Below are positions 23,014 to 33,177 of a DNA stretch of 64,000 nucleotides, piece by piece (positions within the stretch are counted from its first letter, which is position 1; each line of letters opens with the position of its first letter). Origin of the DNA: a virus; the IMG/VR virus record IMGVR_UViG_3300037246_001176, positions 35,924 through 99,923 of that record, one strand, 5' to 3'. A program made the position numbers and the translations under genes. The notes under the pieces were generated by a model. The model was not told the origin of the DNA, did not search any database, and saw only the letters and a program-made list of their open reading frames with translations.

Positions 23014-23271
23014 TCACTATACCGACAGCTTGTAGCAAAACCTGAATATGCCGATCCGCAACGATCTGTTACTGCCATATTCAAAATGGTATAATACCCA
23101 TCGGCCTTTGACATCGATCACCTTGATGCAGAAAGACGCACGCCGAAACGGATTGTCCTTCTCGTCAGAATCATCAAAAGTCCATTTCTGCCCAGGCATT
23201 ACTCTCGGCCCGAACCATGAACGCCACAATGCTTTCAACATTGCCATTCTCCTTTCTGGATTCCAGAAACT

Positions 23272-24015
23272 TCACACGAAGCAATATCCTAACGAACACT
23301 GTCCTACATCTTGAAAATTACCGCTATCAATATCCACGTCGGGCAATAATACCCGATCTCTATGCAGCCATATTTCCGAATCCTGTTTGCGCACTAATTC
23401 CTCTAAACCTATTGCCTTGGCCCAATCATCTGGCTGCTCATCTCGCAAATACCGCCATTCGGAATTGTTTCTGTGAGGACAACACCAACAAGCTGACTTC
23501 GCCGGTATCGGTAAGCCTGCATCTTGGATAATCTGCCAACAAGTAGCCCGACTGATCATCAAATCTATGAGCGGAAACTTGCGTCTGAACCACTTTTTCC
23601 GACCTGGCTTAGCACGACGAATCTCGTCATGACTGAATCCCAGCCAAACGTCGCATGATTTAACACCCTGCTGCCGCGCCCACCTCATCATCACATATTC
23701 TTTCCATTCGGAGGAGCAGAAAGTCGGGAACTTGCTGCTAGCGGTATACATCGGCAAGAGCAGATCGCCATTGTGCGCATACAGGTCTACTGTCGCCAAG
23801 CTGTGCGGCGCAATCTCTATTTGTAATCCAATTCCCGACAAAAGCGGAAGTACATACTTACTCAGATATTGCCAAGTAGCTGTTCCTTCTCTGCTGGTGT
23901 CGGCAATGGCGGCGAGGTCTGGACACGGCAACTTTCCTGAAGCAACGAGCACGGCTATAGCCACGCTCTGAACACCACCCCCGTAACTCCAGACAAGAAT
24001 CCTATCAGCCGTCAT
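23272..24015 (-). CDS. PAPS-reductase / adenine nucleotide alpha hydrolase family protein
   Basis: SYGGGVQS PP-loop, ADT, KSACWCCP. Confidence 0.8.
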   Translation of the reverse strand: MTADRILVWSYGGGVQSVAIAVLVASGKLPCPDLAAIADTSREGTATWQYLSKYVLPLLSGIGLQIEIAPHSLATVDLYAHNGDLLLPMYTASSKFPTFCSSEWKEYVMMRWARQQGVKSCDVWLGFSHDEIRRAKPGRKKWFRRKFPLIDLMISRATCWQIIQDAGLPIPAKSACWCCPHRNNSEWRYLRDEQPDDWAKAIGLEELVRKQDSEIWLHRDRVLLPDVDIDSGNFQDVGQCSLGYCFV

Positions 24016-24016
24016 A

Positions 24017-24931
24017 TTACACCGGCCTCCCCAACCTCAAGAAAGTCTCAAATTCCCGCGCCGTTAAGCCCGCCACCAGCATATCGTCGGGTTTCATCGG
24101 AAGGTTCGCCACCCTCACCTTCTCCGCCCCTGCCTGCGACAGCATCTTGCCCAGCCGCCACGCCTGGACTTTGGCGTCCGGGTCGAGCGCCACGAAAACG
24201 TCGTGCCCACGGAACATCGGCAGCCATGCCTCGTCGAACCCCTCCTTGCCCATCTGTGCTACTGTTGGAAAAACCTGCCCGACGACGATGGCTTTCCTGC
24301 AGCCCTCCACAAGCGCCACCCTGCCGTTCTCGCTCAGGACGCTGGCGTTGAACAGTTGCAGGCCCAGGCCCGCCATGTGCGGCCTGTACTTGTCGCCGCT
24401 GTTCGCGCCCTTCAGTCGGTGGCGGATGTTGAGCAGCTCGCCGCCCGCGCCCGTCACTGGGATGGTGTAGCTGGCCCTGCCTTCCACGTCGGTCGGGCAG
24501 CAGAGGCAGAAGCCGAGGCTATAGCTGTAGAATGACTCCATGTTCACGCCCTGGGCCAGCCACCAGTCCAAGGCTCCGGGCGTCACGCCGGCGGCCTTGT
24601 GATATGCTAAATGGTCTTTGTTGTGCGCCATACTCTCTACTGCCTGTAAGCGTTTCTCCTGGTCTTTTTGCTGACGTTCTAGCGTCCGAACGCGCATTTC
24701 CATCAAGTCGGCGGGGGACGGGCGCTTGGCTCCTGCCAGGTCGTCGACCCATCCCTTGCGCCCGCAATGCCCTTCCTCCGGGCTGGGCCTGCACCAGTAA
24801 TTTCCCCGCTCCCAAATGTGATAACGGTCTTTTCCCCCGCACCAAGGACAACTCCCTGCCCACTCATCATGCCCGACCTTTTTGAGTTGGATGCCGAAAT
24901 GAGACTCGATAAAGCCGATGGGGTCAATCAT
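24017..24931 (-). CDS. DNA primase (zinc finger plus TOPRIM)
   Basis: CPWCGGKDR...YWCR, LVEG, ALDPD, KPDD. Confidence 0.85.
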   Translation of the reverse strand: MIDPIGFIESHFGIQLKKVGHDEWAGSCPWCGGKDRYHIWERGNYWCRPSPEEGHCGRKGWVDDLAGAKRPSPADLMEMRVRTLERQQKDQEKRLQAVESMAHNKDHLAYHKAAGVTPGALDWWLAQGVNMESFYSYSLGFCLCCPTDVEGRASYTIPVTGAGGELLNIRHRLKGANSGDKYRPHMAGLGLQLFNASVLSENGRVALVEGCRKAIVVGQVFPTVAQMGKEGFDEAWLPMFRGHDVFVALDPDAKVQAWRLGKMLSQAGAEKVRVANLPMKPDDMLVAGLTAREFETFLRLGRPV

Positions 24932-25770
24932 GGTCGTCCTCCGTTCGGCATCTGGTTCCATTTCTGCCCATCAAGGCGGCGGCCAGCGGCTTTCTTGCCG
25001 ACGCGCCCCATCAGGTTTCTATCGGGCCACCAGTGTAATTTCTGTGGTAAGGGATACCTGGCGTCAGCGGGTATATGTGCCCACGCTCCCCACTGCTTAA
25101 AAAACCGTGCAATCCCGTGCTTGCCCGCCCAGTCCCTCGCGTTTCTGAACCAGTCGGGATGTGCTGGTCTCGCACCTGGCCCGCTCTCACCGCCAAAAAT
25201 CAAAAGGTCGATGAACTCCCATCCTGTCCAATCCACGGGGCCGAGAGCGGGTTCATAAGAAACGAACTTCACGGCGGCGGGGGTAGCCTCAAAATCCCGG
25301 CGGCACGCATCGGCTGCGGCCTGGTTCTCAACGGAGACGCCGAGCCAGATGTGCCGAAACGAACGCAAGCTCAGGCTTGTCTTTTCCTGAAACCACACTA
25401 CAAATTGCAGCATCCTTTCGAGCCTCTTCGTGAGGATCGGAAACGTGTGCCATTCAGCTGCTATGATCGTGGCGAAAATCTCACCTATAACTCCAAAAGA
25501 CACATCCTCGTGAAATAGGTCACCCATGTATTGCGCGCCAATGACAGCAGGCTTCTTTCGCCTCAATGGTTCGTGCAGCCTCAACTCAACCAATACTGGC
25601 GCATCACCAGCGTAGGCCGCCCTCACCGTGGGGCAAAAGACAATATTGTAAGACATCCGGTTGGCCATGCGCAGATGCCAACAGTGCTTGCATCCCTCCG
25701 AGACCTTACTACATCGCATGGCTATTGGATTCCAGGTGAAGTCAAGATATTCTATGCTCGTTCGGTTCAC
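24928..25770 (-). CDS. Gp37/Gp68 (DUF5131) family protein
   Basis: TWNP, CSKVSEGCKHC, MGDLFHE, LTKR, SYEP, GGESG, FFKQWG. Confidence 0.92.
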   Translation of the reverse strand: MNRTSIEYLDFTWNPIAMRCSKVSEGCKHCWHLRMANRMSYNIVFCPTVRAAYAGDAPVLVELRLHEPLRRKKPAVIGAQYMGDLFHEDVSFGVIGEIFATIIAAEWHTFPILTKRLERMLQFVVWFQEKTSLSLRSFRHIWLGVSVENQAAADACRRDFEATPAAVKFVSYEPALGPVDWTGWEFIDLLIFGGESGPGARPAHPDWFRNARDWAGKHGIARFFKQWGAWAHIPADARYPLPQKLHWWPDRNLMGRVGKKAAGRRLDGQKWNQMPNGGRP

Positions 25771-26223
25771 ATCTCACCGCCTTTCCATCGTTCCTCAGCA
25801 TCCGACTCCAGCTCCGCCAGTTTCAGCCACTGCTTTTTGGTCGTTGCATGCCGCCGTTGAGTTGCAATAGCTTATCAATAACCCATCCTAGCGCATCATG
25901 CAATCTGAGTATTTCATCTCCAGAAAAACAAGTGCGTAGCGTTGGCGTCACGATTTCAACGACAGAACCATCAAGCAGTAGCGTGAAAGACGGTCGCTTA
26001 ACTTTCCAATCAGTCATCTGCACTTTCCATTTTCACCAGCCTTTTCAATTCAATCACAAGACCGCCGTGCATTTGGCTTTGCCGCCACGTAAACACCCAC
26101 TCACCACCACCAGGCACATCCTCAGATCGCTTGACAGACTCTATGAGAATATCTTGAATCTCTGACTCTGCAAGACGGTATATCGTTTCCGTAACCGAAC
26201 TGTGCTTCATCACGATTTCCATT

Positions 26224-27234
26224 CTAGTCCTCCCAAACCCTGCTTGCGCCGCACTTCTCTTCAGCGTCCGATTCCAGCTCCGCCAGCTTCAGGTACGGCA
26301 TATCGAAATGAAGCGCCCATGTGTGCCGCCCCGCCTCGCCCCTCTGCTTCAGCATCCGCATCACAAATAATCGTTCGGTGATCGGGAACTGCGTGCCGCG
26401 AATCTCCACGAACTCGTCGTATTTGGCGAGCGCAGAATCATCCTTCGTCTGCCAGGGCCTCCACAGCGCCAGCACCAGGTCCGCGACCTGCTCCACGCTG
26501 GAGGCCCACAGGTTGTCGCGGAGTTCTGGTATCTTCTCCCTACGCCCGTCTACGTCTCTGTTCGCCTGCGACGCCGCCACGGCGGGAACGCCGATGCGCA
26601 GGGCCAGCTCCTTCAGGCGGAAAGGGACTTCCGTGACCTGCTGCACGCGGTCGCGGAAGCCTTGGACGGGCACAATCTGGATGTAATCGAACAGGATCAA
26701 CGTGGGCTTGCGGCCATAGTCCTCGTGCATCGTCTCTATGGCCTGGTAGACGACCTCGGGCGTCATCCGAGGAACTCGCTTCCCGGCCCGCCCGATGCCG
26801 TGACCGATGACCCAAATCGGGGAGGTGACGCGCCGCATCGCATGATAGCTCAATGTGTTGAGATCGACCTTGCCCCATGCAATGTCGGAGATGCTAAGAC
26901 CCTCGCAGGTGAGGAACATAGCGGCCAGGGCCTCGGCAGAGGTTTCCCAAGTGACAAAAACCACGCACTCGCTCTCCTCCATACCCCGCGCCGTGATGCT
27001 GGCAGCTTCCCGTTTCGCCATGACCGCCAGCAAGCTGGACTTGCCGTGCCCTGGCCTGGCGCAGACTACGGCAAATGTGCCAGGACGCAACGGGATGATC
27101 TTCCTGTCCACGGACGGAACGCCAAACTTTATACCAGGCTCGGCCTGCACCTTTTCGGCCCACTGTATCAGGCTAGTGGCGAGGTCGTCTGGCTTGTGGA
27201 TCAGGGCACGAAAGTCGCCGTCGCTCCGTTTCAT
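26224..27234 (-). CDS. DnaB-like replicative helicase
   Basis: ARPGHGKS, LFDYIQ, SQANR, VEQVAD, KQRG. Confidence 0.92.
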   Translation of the reverse strand: MKRSDGDFRALIHKPDDLATSLIQWAEKVQAEPGIKFGVPSVDRKIIPLRPGTFAVVCARPGHGKSSLLAVMAKREAASITARGMEESECVVFVTWETSAEALAAMFLTCEGLSISDIAWGKVDLNTLSYHAMRRVTSPIWVIGHGIGRAGKRVPRMTPEVVYQAIETMHEDYGRKPTLILFDYIQIVPVQGFRDRVQQVTEVPFRLKELALRIGVPAVAASQANRDVDGRREKIPELRDNLWASSVEQVADLVLALWRPWQTKDDSALAKYDEFVEIRGTQFPITERLFVMRMLKQRGEAGRHTWALHFDMPYLKLAELESDAEEKCGASRVWED

Positions 27235-27524
27235 CCAGCCGCCGCCGTCGCACTGTGGCCGCCCAGGGCCAGGTACAGGGCCTCCAGGCGGTCGTGCTCC
27301 ATAATGCAGCCATCAAGTTGTTGCTTGGCGGCCTTGCGGCAAGCAACATGAAAGGGGTCGGTCAGCCTCGCCGCACGGTCTGCCCGCGCCTGTTCCGTCT
27401 CAACCATGCTCTTGGCGAGAGAAGTCATCGCCAGGCCAAGGCCGACGACGCACTTTTCGCAGTATTCAGGTTGGCCGAAGCCGTTGTCCAACGAAGTCAG
27501 TCCGCCGGTGCAGTTGTCACACAT
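27231..27524 (-). CDS. Small zinc-binding protein, first gene of the helicase operon
   Basis: CDNC...CEKC; ATGA overlap with the helicase gene; own promoter. Confidence 0.6.
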   Translation of the reverse strand: MCDNCTGGLTSLDNGFGQPEYCEKCVVGLGLAMTSLAKSMVETEQARADRAARLTDPFHVACRKAAKQQLDGCIMEHDRLEALYLALGGHSATAAAG

Positions 27525-27564
27525 TCTGTCTGTCCTTTCTGTTCTCCTGTTTGCTGTCTGTTAT

Positions 27565-27593
27565 ATTATAGCATGTTACTTCTGTTTTGTCAA
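27565..27593 (-). promoter_or_regulatory. Sigma70 promoter of the helicase/primase operon
   Basis: TTGACA-17-TATAAT with TGC extension. Confidence 0.8.
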
Positions 27594-27784
27594 GTCTGTG
27601 TCGGCAGCTTGTAGACGCGTCTATCCTCAAATTCCTGCCTCTTGCCCACATTCCAAGATTCAATCGGGCGAAGAAATCCCACCACTCTTGACCACACCTG
27701 GCAGGGGATCCTCACGACGGGCTCGCCGCGCGCCTCTGCCTCCGCCTCAGCTCCGCCGGTCGCTGCTGCATCTTTGTCACTCAT
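27590..27784 (-). CDS. Stand-alone NrdD C-terminal glycyl-radical domain
   Basis: CQVWSRVVGFLRPIESWNVGKRQEFEDR. Confidence 0.85.
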   Translation of the reverse strand: MSDKDAAATGGAEAEAEARGEPVVRIPCQVWSRVVGFLRPIESWNVGKRQEFEDRRVYKLPTQT

Positions 27785-28137
27785 CTTCCCTCCATTCAAG
27801 CGCATCGCATCCAAATCTCAACTCGCTGGTAATCTCCATCGGCGTCAACGACTCCTCGCCAAGCCCATGATGCGCCCTGTCAGGCATCGCGAACGACGGA
27901 TCTCTCCATTGGCTGACGGAATAGAGCGGCGTACCGTCGCAATCCCGCCTGTGAGCCACTACCCACACGCGGGCGTGTATCTTCCAGCAAGCGCCTCCCC
28001 CGAACCACTCGTCCCATTTCACTTCCACCAGCGTGCCGATCGGGATGTCGTGCCGCTTCTCCAAATTTTCTTCTTTGTAGGTCTTTCCGGTGTCGGGATT
28101 GACCAGATCGTGAACGGCAAAGAATTTTACCGTCAAG

Positions 28138-28323
28138 CTAATCCTCCTCCGCCTTCCCGTCCTCCCCGATCTGCCGCACGCTGCGACAGTCGGGCCATTG
28201 GGGGCAGCCCCAAAATGGAGGCCAGTCCTGATGCCGCTTCGGCCTGCGCAGTCTCATCCTCGCGCCGCAACTGGGGCAGTGGGGTTCCGGCTTCGTCTGT
28301 ATGCCTGTCATCTCATTCTCCAC
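28138..28323 (-). CDS. Topoisomerase-type C4 zinc ribbon protein
   Basis: CPSCGARMRLR...FWGCPQWPDC. Confidence 0.8.
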   Translation of the reverse strand: MENEMTGIQTKPEPHCPSCGARMRLRRPKRHQDWPPFWGCPQWPDCRSVRQIGEDGKAEED

Positions 28324-28492
28324 TTCATTTTACCATTCACCGCCAGCCTCAACGATAGCATTCTCAAGAGTTAACTCAAGGCGCTCCAGTTGTTTTTGTT
28401 CATGAGGCGTGGTGTTTCTAGTATCTAAACACCCATTATTCAGATGCCACTCGGCTAACTGTTCCGATACTTCTTCTAACGCCTTTAACAAC

Positions 28493-29902
28493 TTACTTCT
28501 CATGATCCTCTTTCCTTTCTAGCATAGATTCCTTGTGGCAAACCGCGATCTGCCGCCCGATCCAGCGGGCCACGGGGACGGCGACAGCGTTTCCAAGTTG
28601 CCGATAACGCGCCGTGTCGCTTGTTCCGCTTACATCCGTCCATCCTCGCGGGAAGCCCTGAAGTAGCTCCGCTTCCGTCGGGGTAAGGCGACGAACTCCC
28701 ATGCTCATCAAGACTGCTGGTGTCTGGCTCGCTTGCAACGCCGACGTTCGCTCGCTGGAGACGTTCAGCCGCACATCTCCGCCAGACTGCCAGTCAAACG
28801 CCACCAGCGCCGCAGGATACCCTTGTCCCGGCTTGCCCCCGCCAGCCGAGACTGGGCTGCTGCACGGCGTCAACCTGAGTTCGCCTTGCTGGTTCCCGCT
28901 CAACCCCTGAACGACAAAGTGCTCGCCGTCAGGGTCGTTGCGCTGGTTGTGTCCAGACAGAGCGTGCTTGACTATATCGTCTCGGACGACCAGCACCTCG
29001 CTTCCCATGCCCGCATCCCCGCCGCTGGCCCTGAGCGTCCCTGGTTGTTGACGATATTCCCCAAAGTTCGCCAGGGCATAGCCGTCAGTCACCACGAACT
29101 CCTCCGCTATAGGCCAGCTTCCACCCGCGCGACGGCTAGGAGAGCTTGCTTTAAGTGGGGCGGTAACGTCTTTCCTCTCGCCTCTGCGCGGCGCAGAATC
29201 CCACGACAGGCTCTCTGGCTCAAAAAGAACTTTTGCAGGTAGTCCTGCCAGTCCTGAAACGTCTTGCCCTGGTTGCGCGCTCCCCAATCCTCCCACGTCT
29301 CCAGAACGTCCGACAATGAACACACGCTCGCGTCGCTGGGCCAGGTTGTAGTATTGAGCATCAAGGCTCCGGAAGACCCACCAATAGCCGAGTTGCCCCA
29401 GCGAAGCGAGGATGGTTTCAAGATCGCTCGTCTCTTCCACTTCCCAGTCGCGCGCCATACTTTCTGCCCATCTTTCAGCGTCACCTCTTTGATCGAAGTC
29501 TCTAACCTGCGCTTCACGAGGCGGCGGTTCTGCGCTGCTCCAAGACGAGCGAAGGCCAGGGACGTTTTCGATGACCACCCATGTCGGGCGGAGTTCCTCA
29601 ATAACTCGAAGCATCTCCCACCAAAGCCCTGACCGCTCTCCTGCCAGGCCAGCACGTCGTCCAGCCACCGAGAAGCCAACGCAGGGAATTCCCCCCGAAA
29701 CAATGTCAACTGGTTCAAGATTATGCCTCCCGACATTCCTTATGTCTCCGAACCGCCGCACATCGGGCCAGTGGTGCGCCAGCACCGCGTTGCACCTGGC
29801 GTCCGTCTCGACCTGCCACAGCGTCTCGATCCCCGCCATATCAAAGCCCCATCCAAAACCTGAGATCCCAGCAAACAGTTCGCCGTGAGTGAGCTTTTTC
29901 AT
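28493..29902 (-). CDS. DNA (cytosine-5) methyltransferase
   Basis: ELFAGISG, GIPC, ENV, QRRERVF, RRLTPTEA..LQGFP, QLGNAV. Confidence 0.93.
   Translation of the reverse strand: MKKLTHGELFAGISGFGWGFDMAGIETLWQVETDARCNAVLAHHWPDVRRFGDIRNVGRHNLEPVDIVSGGIPCVGFSVAGRRAGLAGERSGLWWEMLRVIEELRPTWVVIENVPGLRSSWSSAEPPPREAQVRDFDQRGDAERWAESMARDWEVEETSDLETILASLGQLGYWWVFRSLDAQYYNLAQRRERVFIVGRSGDVGGLGSAQPGQDVSGLAGLPAKVLFEPESLSWDSAPRRGERKDVTAPLKASSPSRRAGGSWPIAEEFVVTDGYALANFGEYRQQPGTLRASGGDAGMGSEVLVVRDDIVKHALSGHNQRNDPDGEHFVVQGLSGNQQGELRLTPCSSPVSAGGGKPGQGYPAALVAFDWQSGGDVRLNVSSERTSALQASQTPAVLMSMGVRRLTPTEAELLQGFPRGWTDVSGTSDTARYRQLGNAVAVPVARWIGRQIAVCHKESMLERKEDHEK
29107..29736 (-). CDS. Nested alternative-frame ORF, M.EcoHK31I beta-subunit-like
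   Basis: CSLSDVLE...FFLSQRACRGILRRAEARGKTLPPHLKQAL; AGGA precedes ATG. Confidence 0.65.
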   Translation of the reverse strand: MSGGIILNQLTLFRGEFPALASRWLDDVLAWQESGQGFGGRCFELLRNSARHGWSSKTSLAFARLGAAQNRRLVKRRLETSIKEVTLKDGQKVWRATGKWKRRAILKPSSLRWGNSAIGGSSGALMLNTTTWPSDASVCSLSDVLETWEDWGARNQGKTFQDWQDYLQKFFLSQRACRGILRRAEARGKTLPPHLKQALLAVARVEAGL

Positions 29903-30616
29903 TTCCTGTGCCTAAGTTCCCTGAAAAGTTTTTCACCCGCCTCAGTCAGCGATAGCTCCAAAAAACTGCTGAAAGCGTATTTTGTGCTCACCCATACGAC
30001 AAGTCCCCGCCTGCGCAGCGCGTTCAAACTGCGCACATCTTGTTTCTCGCCTGTCACGCACGATCTACAAAAATCCTCTCCGCCATATCTGCTGATGCCG
30101 CCTGCAACTGCTATGAGTGCTTTTTCCATTCCTTTCGTCAGAGCAAACGCTGTCATCCCCCTACCCTCCCGCCCTGACCACGCCAGGCTCCCCGCCGCTG
30201 CTCTGCGCCAGCTCTCCCGACAGATCCGGCGGTTCTGGCAAGACAGCCTTCTTCCAAAGGCCGAACGCGCCCGCGTAAATGAAGTGCCCATCGCCTACGT
30301 AGGCGATGGAACTCATCGTCCTATACACTTTCACCAAAATCATCTCTGGTTCGCGACGCGGATATTTCCAGCGCCATCTATAAAACCAGTAACGCCCTGG
30401 CTCCACCGGCCAAACCTCCGTCCACCCATCCTCGGCAGCAAGCATCGCCTCCCATATCGCCTCCGACGCGATGTCCCAAAACCGCCGCCCCAACATGCCG
30501 CTCAAGGCGGTGCGCAGTTCGGGGTCGGGCACGATCTCCAGGTACCGCCCCTCCGACATCGGAAAGATGCTTTTTGGATACGGGTTTGTGGGCCAAAATG
30601 GTGGCTTTTGCATCTG

Positions 30617-32107
30617 CTATCCTCCCACCTGAATCACCCCAGGCTCCCCGCCGCCGCCCTCCGCCGCCAGGAACGCCGGCAGCACGGAAACCAGGCTCTT
30701 CGGACCAGCCACGGTGAAGGTCATCCGCTCGGCCTCGTAATGCCTGTGATACTCATCCAGCGCCCTGATGGTTGCGCCCAGGTTGCCGCCGTTGAGCTCC
30801 AAGAGCCAGCCCGCTGCGCCGCAGTGCGCCTCGATGCTGCCGGGGAACGGGAGCCTGCCGCCGCACCACAGGAGCGCGACACGCTGGCATATCGCGTACT
30901 CGGCATCGGAGACGCTCTCCCAGTGGCGCGGCCTGACGTGGGTGTCGCTGTCGCCGGGCTTCTCGCGCCGGGCGTGGTTGAACAGGTCGGTGAGGTAGTC
31001 GCGCTTCGGGGCAGGCTGTTCTGCCGCGACCTGTGCCTGCTCGTGCCCTTCTTTCTGGGCCAGGTGCTGGCGGTACTGCCGCTCGCGGTTGTTCCAGAAG
31101 GCGGCGGGAACGCCCAACACCTGTTCAAGTCGCAGAGCAATTTCTGGGGTGATGGGCATTTTGCCTTGAACAACCTCGCTGGCTGTCTCCTCGCGCCAAC
31201 TCATCCGTCGGGCCAGTTCGCCCTGGGACATTCCCAGTTCTTCAAGCTTCTCCAGCAGTGTCTCGCCGGGAGGGGAGACGTGGTCCGGCATGTATTCGTG
31301 CGGTTTGGAAAGGATGCCGCCAGCGACAGGAGCATCTATGCCGATGCCGTTGTCAACGAGGTCGCCGGAGGATATGCCGTATTTTTGCTCAAGAACCTGT
31401 AACTCGCGATCTATTTCGGCTAGCACCATCATGCTCGGCACGCCTTCATCATCTTCGTCGTCAGATGTTGCTGGATCGGTATCAAATGGTGGTTCGGGCA
31501 AGAATGGCTCATGGGCTATAGAGAGTTGTGGTTCTAACGGTTCACTATTGGTGACTTGTTCTTGTTGCTGTTCGCCAATTGGGAATTTTGGAGCGGGCGG
31601 ATCTATCTGTGCTGTACTTTCTGCTACAGTCTCTGTTAAGGATGTTACCGTTTCGTCATTTGTAAGTAACGCTTTAGTTTGTTGTAATTCACGCTTTGGT
31701 GAATTGCAATTTTTCTTCCATCTTTCAGACTCTCTTTTGAGCGACGGGAGAAACGCATTCCAGTTGATGCGCCAGTGTGTGGTAGGCGAACCGTTGAATC
31801 GCCACTTCTTGGTGAAAACAAGTCCTTTTTTTACGAGTATCTTGGCTGCCCTGTCTACCTGTCTCGGTTTCAGCCTGGTCTCTGCCCACCATTCCGTGCG
31901 TGCTTTGGCGACCCACAGGTTACCTTCTTTGGAAATTCGCATTTTTGATGTGCCGTGCTTTGTGGGAAGATGCCAATAGACCAATTGACTGAGTAACAAG
32001 CCTGCCATCAAATCGTCTGCCATGTCTACGTAGACGGTTTTGAAGTCTATGGTATCACGCGATGCTGCTTCCCATGCAAAAAAGTCTTGCTGGCTTTGGT
32101 AGTCCAT
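30617..32107 (-). CDS. Replication initiator / replisome organiser (N-terminal wHTH) with internal HigA-like HTH
   Basis: AGLLLSQLVYW...WVAKARTEWWAET; PPGETLLEKLEELGMSQGELARRM...ITPEIALRLEQVLGVPAAFW. Confidence 0.75.
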   Translation of the reverse strand: MDYQSQQDFFAWEAASRDTIDFKTVYVDMADDLMAGLLLSQLVYWHLPTKHGTSKMRISKEGNLWVAKARTEWWAETRLKPRQVDRAAKILVKKGLVFTKKWRFNGSPTTHWRINWNAFLPSLKRESERWKKNCNSPKRELQQTKALLTNDETVTSLTETVAESTAQIDPPAPKFPIGEQQQEQVTNSEPLEPQLSIAHEPFLPEPPFDTDPATSDDEDDEGVPSMMVLAEIDRELQVLEQKYGISSGDLVDNGIGIDAPVAGGILSKPHEYMPDHVSPPGETLLEKLEELGMSQGELARRMSWREETASEVVQGKMPITPEIALRLEQVLGVPAAFWNNRERQYRQHLAQKEGHEQAQVAAEQPAPKRDYLTDLFNHARREKPGDSDTHVRPRHWESVSDAEYAICQRVALLWCGGRLPFPGSIEAHCGAAGWLLELNGGNLGATIRALDEYHRHYEAERMTFTVAGPKSLVSVLPAFLAAEGGGGEPGVIQVGG

Positions 32108-32123
32108 TACGATCTCCTTTTGT

Positions 32124-32696
32124 TCATCCGTCTATCAAATTCTCCCGTTTTAGCCAATGTATAAAATCCAAATCGTCTTGGTTGAGTTTGAACCATTCAT
32201 TTGTTACTAGTTTTTTATCCGTTATATGCTTTTCATCAAACCAAGTTTGTAGATGAGATTCAGCAACTTCCATGTCACAACTTTCTAATATGTAGAGTAT
32301 CTTGACTGGCTTGCCCATTCCATACTGAATTGCAATTCTGCGCTGTGCTACATCAACACTTTGACCGATCTTGTAAATACCGTTACATTCCATCACATAT
32401 ACATATCCATGTCGAGAAATCCCATCCCATCCTTGACTATTCTTATAATGATCGTCATAAGAATAGCGCCACTTAGCTATTAGATTGTAACGAGTTGTAT
32501 CTGCCTTACAGTCGTAAAATTTCCTCACTATGTCAGATAATTTTTGGAAGTCTTCTAAAGATAAAATAGTTCCATCCTTGCGAGTGAGACAAAAATATTC
32601 CTCTTTAGTCACTGGGTCATAAGCGACTGCTCGCATAGACAACAAGTCATAAGGAGCAAGCATCTGACCAATTTCTCGTAATTGTCGGTCTGACAT
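32124..32696 (-). CDS. T5orf172 / GIY-YIG domain protein
   Basis: GYVYVM...YKIGQS...RR...ESHL...NEWF. Confidence 0.85.
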   Translation of the reverse strand: MSDRQLREIGQMLAPYDLLSMRAVAYDPVTKEEYFCLTRKDGTILSLEDFQKLSDIVRKFYDCKADTTRYNLIAKWRYSYDDHYKNSQGWDGISRHGYVYVMECNGIYKIGQSVDVAQRRIAIQYGMGKPVKILYILESCDMEVAESHLQTWFDEKHITDKKLVTNEWFKLNQDDLDFIHWLKRENLIDG

Positions 32697-32974
32697 TTTT
32701 TCTCCTATTCAACAAAAAAGGCATCATTGTCAAGCGGGGTTAGCAGCGAGCGAATTCCCTGTATGCTTCTGGCCGTTCCTGGGGCGAGCCACCGCCCAAT
32801 GCCATCCAACCCGGATCGTTAGTAAAAATGGCATAGCACTTACGCAAGCCGTCTTTGACACCTTGCCAATACTGTTTATCAGATTCGGTTGCCTCTTCCA
32901 ATTGTATTTTGGCATAATTCTGAGCGGCCAAAAAGATTTCAAAAGCCTCTTCCCATTCCATTTTTGCCACTCCT

Positions 32975-33177
32975 CAAATAAAAACCTTCCGCCCTTTTCT
33001 CAGACGGCTTGGCGATTCGGCAGCAGCTTGCGTGTTTTCCAGCACAGGAAAAACACTGCCAAAACCGCCTGAGAAAAACTCAGAAGGTCTTTAGTGCGTT
33101 GCTGCCTAGTTGTTAATCATGGTGGGTGTGCTACTCCCACCTACAAATATTATATCACAAGTTGAATCTGTTGTCAA
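32975..33177 (-). promoter_or_regulatory. Promoter plus structured attenuator leader
   Basis: TTGACA-17-TATAAT (33177-33149); long hairpin 32981-33090 with T-tract. Confidence 0.7.

Noticed and set aside
29885-31402. 505-aa plus-strand ORF, and similar ones such as 20236..21237, 40113..41087 and 86..949
   Set aside because: Antisense shadows of motif-bearing minus-strand genes in GC-rich DNA; no RBS or recognisable domains
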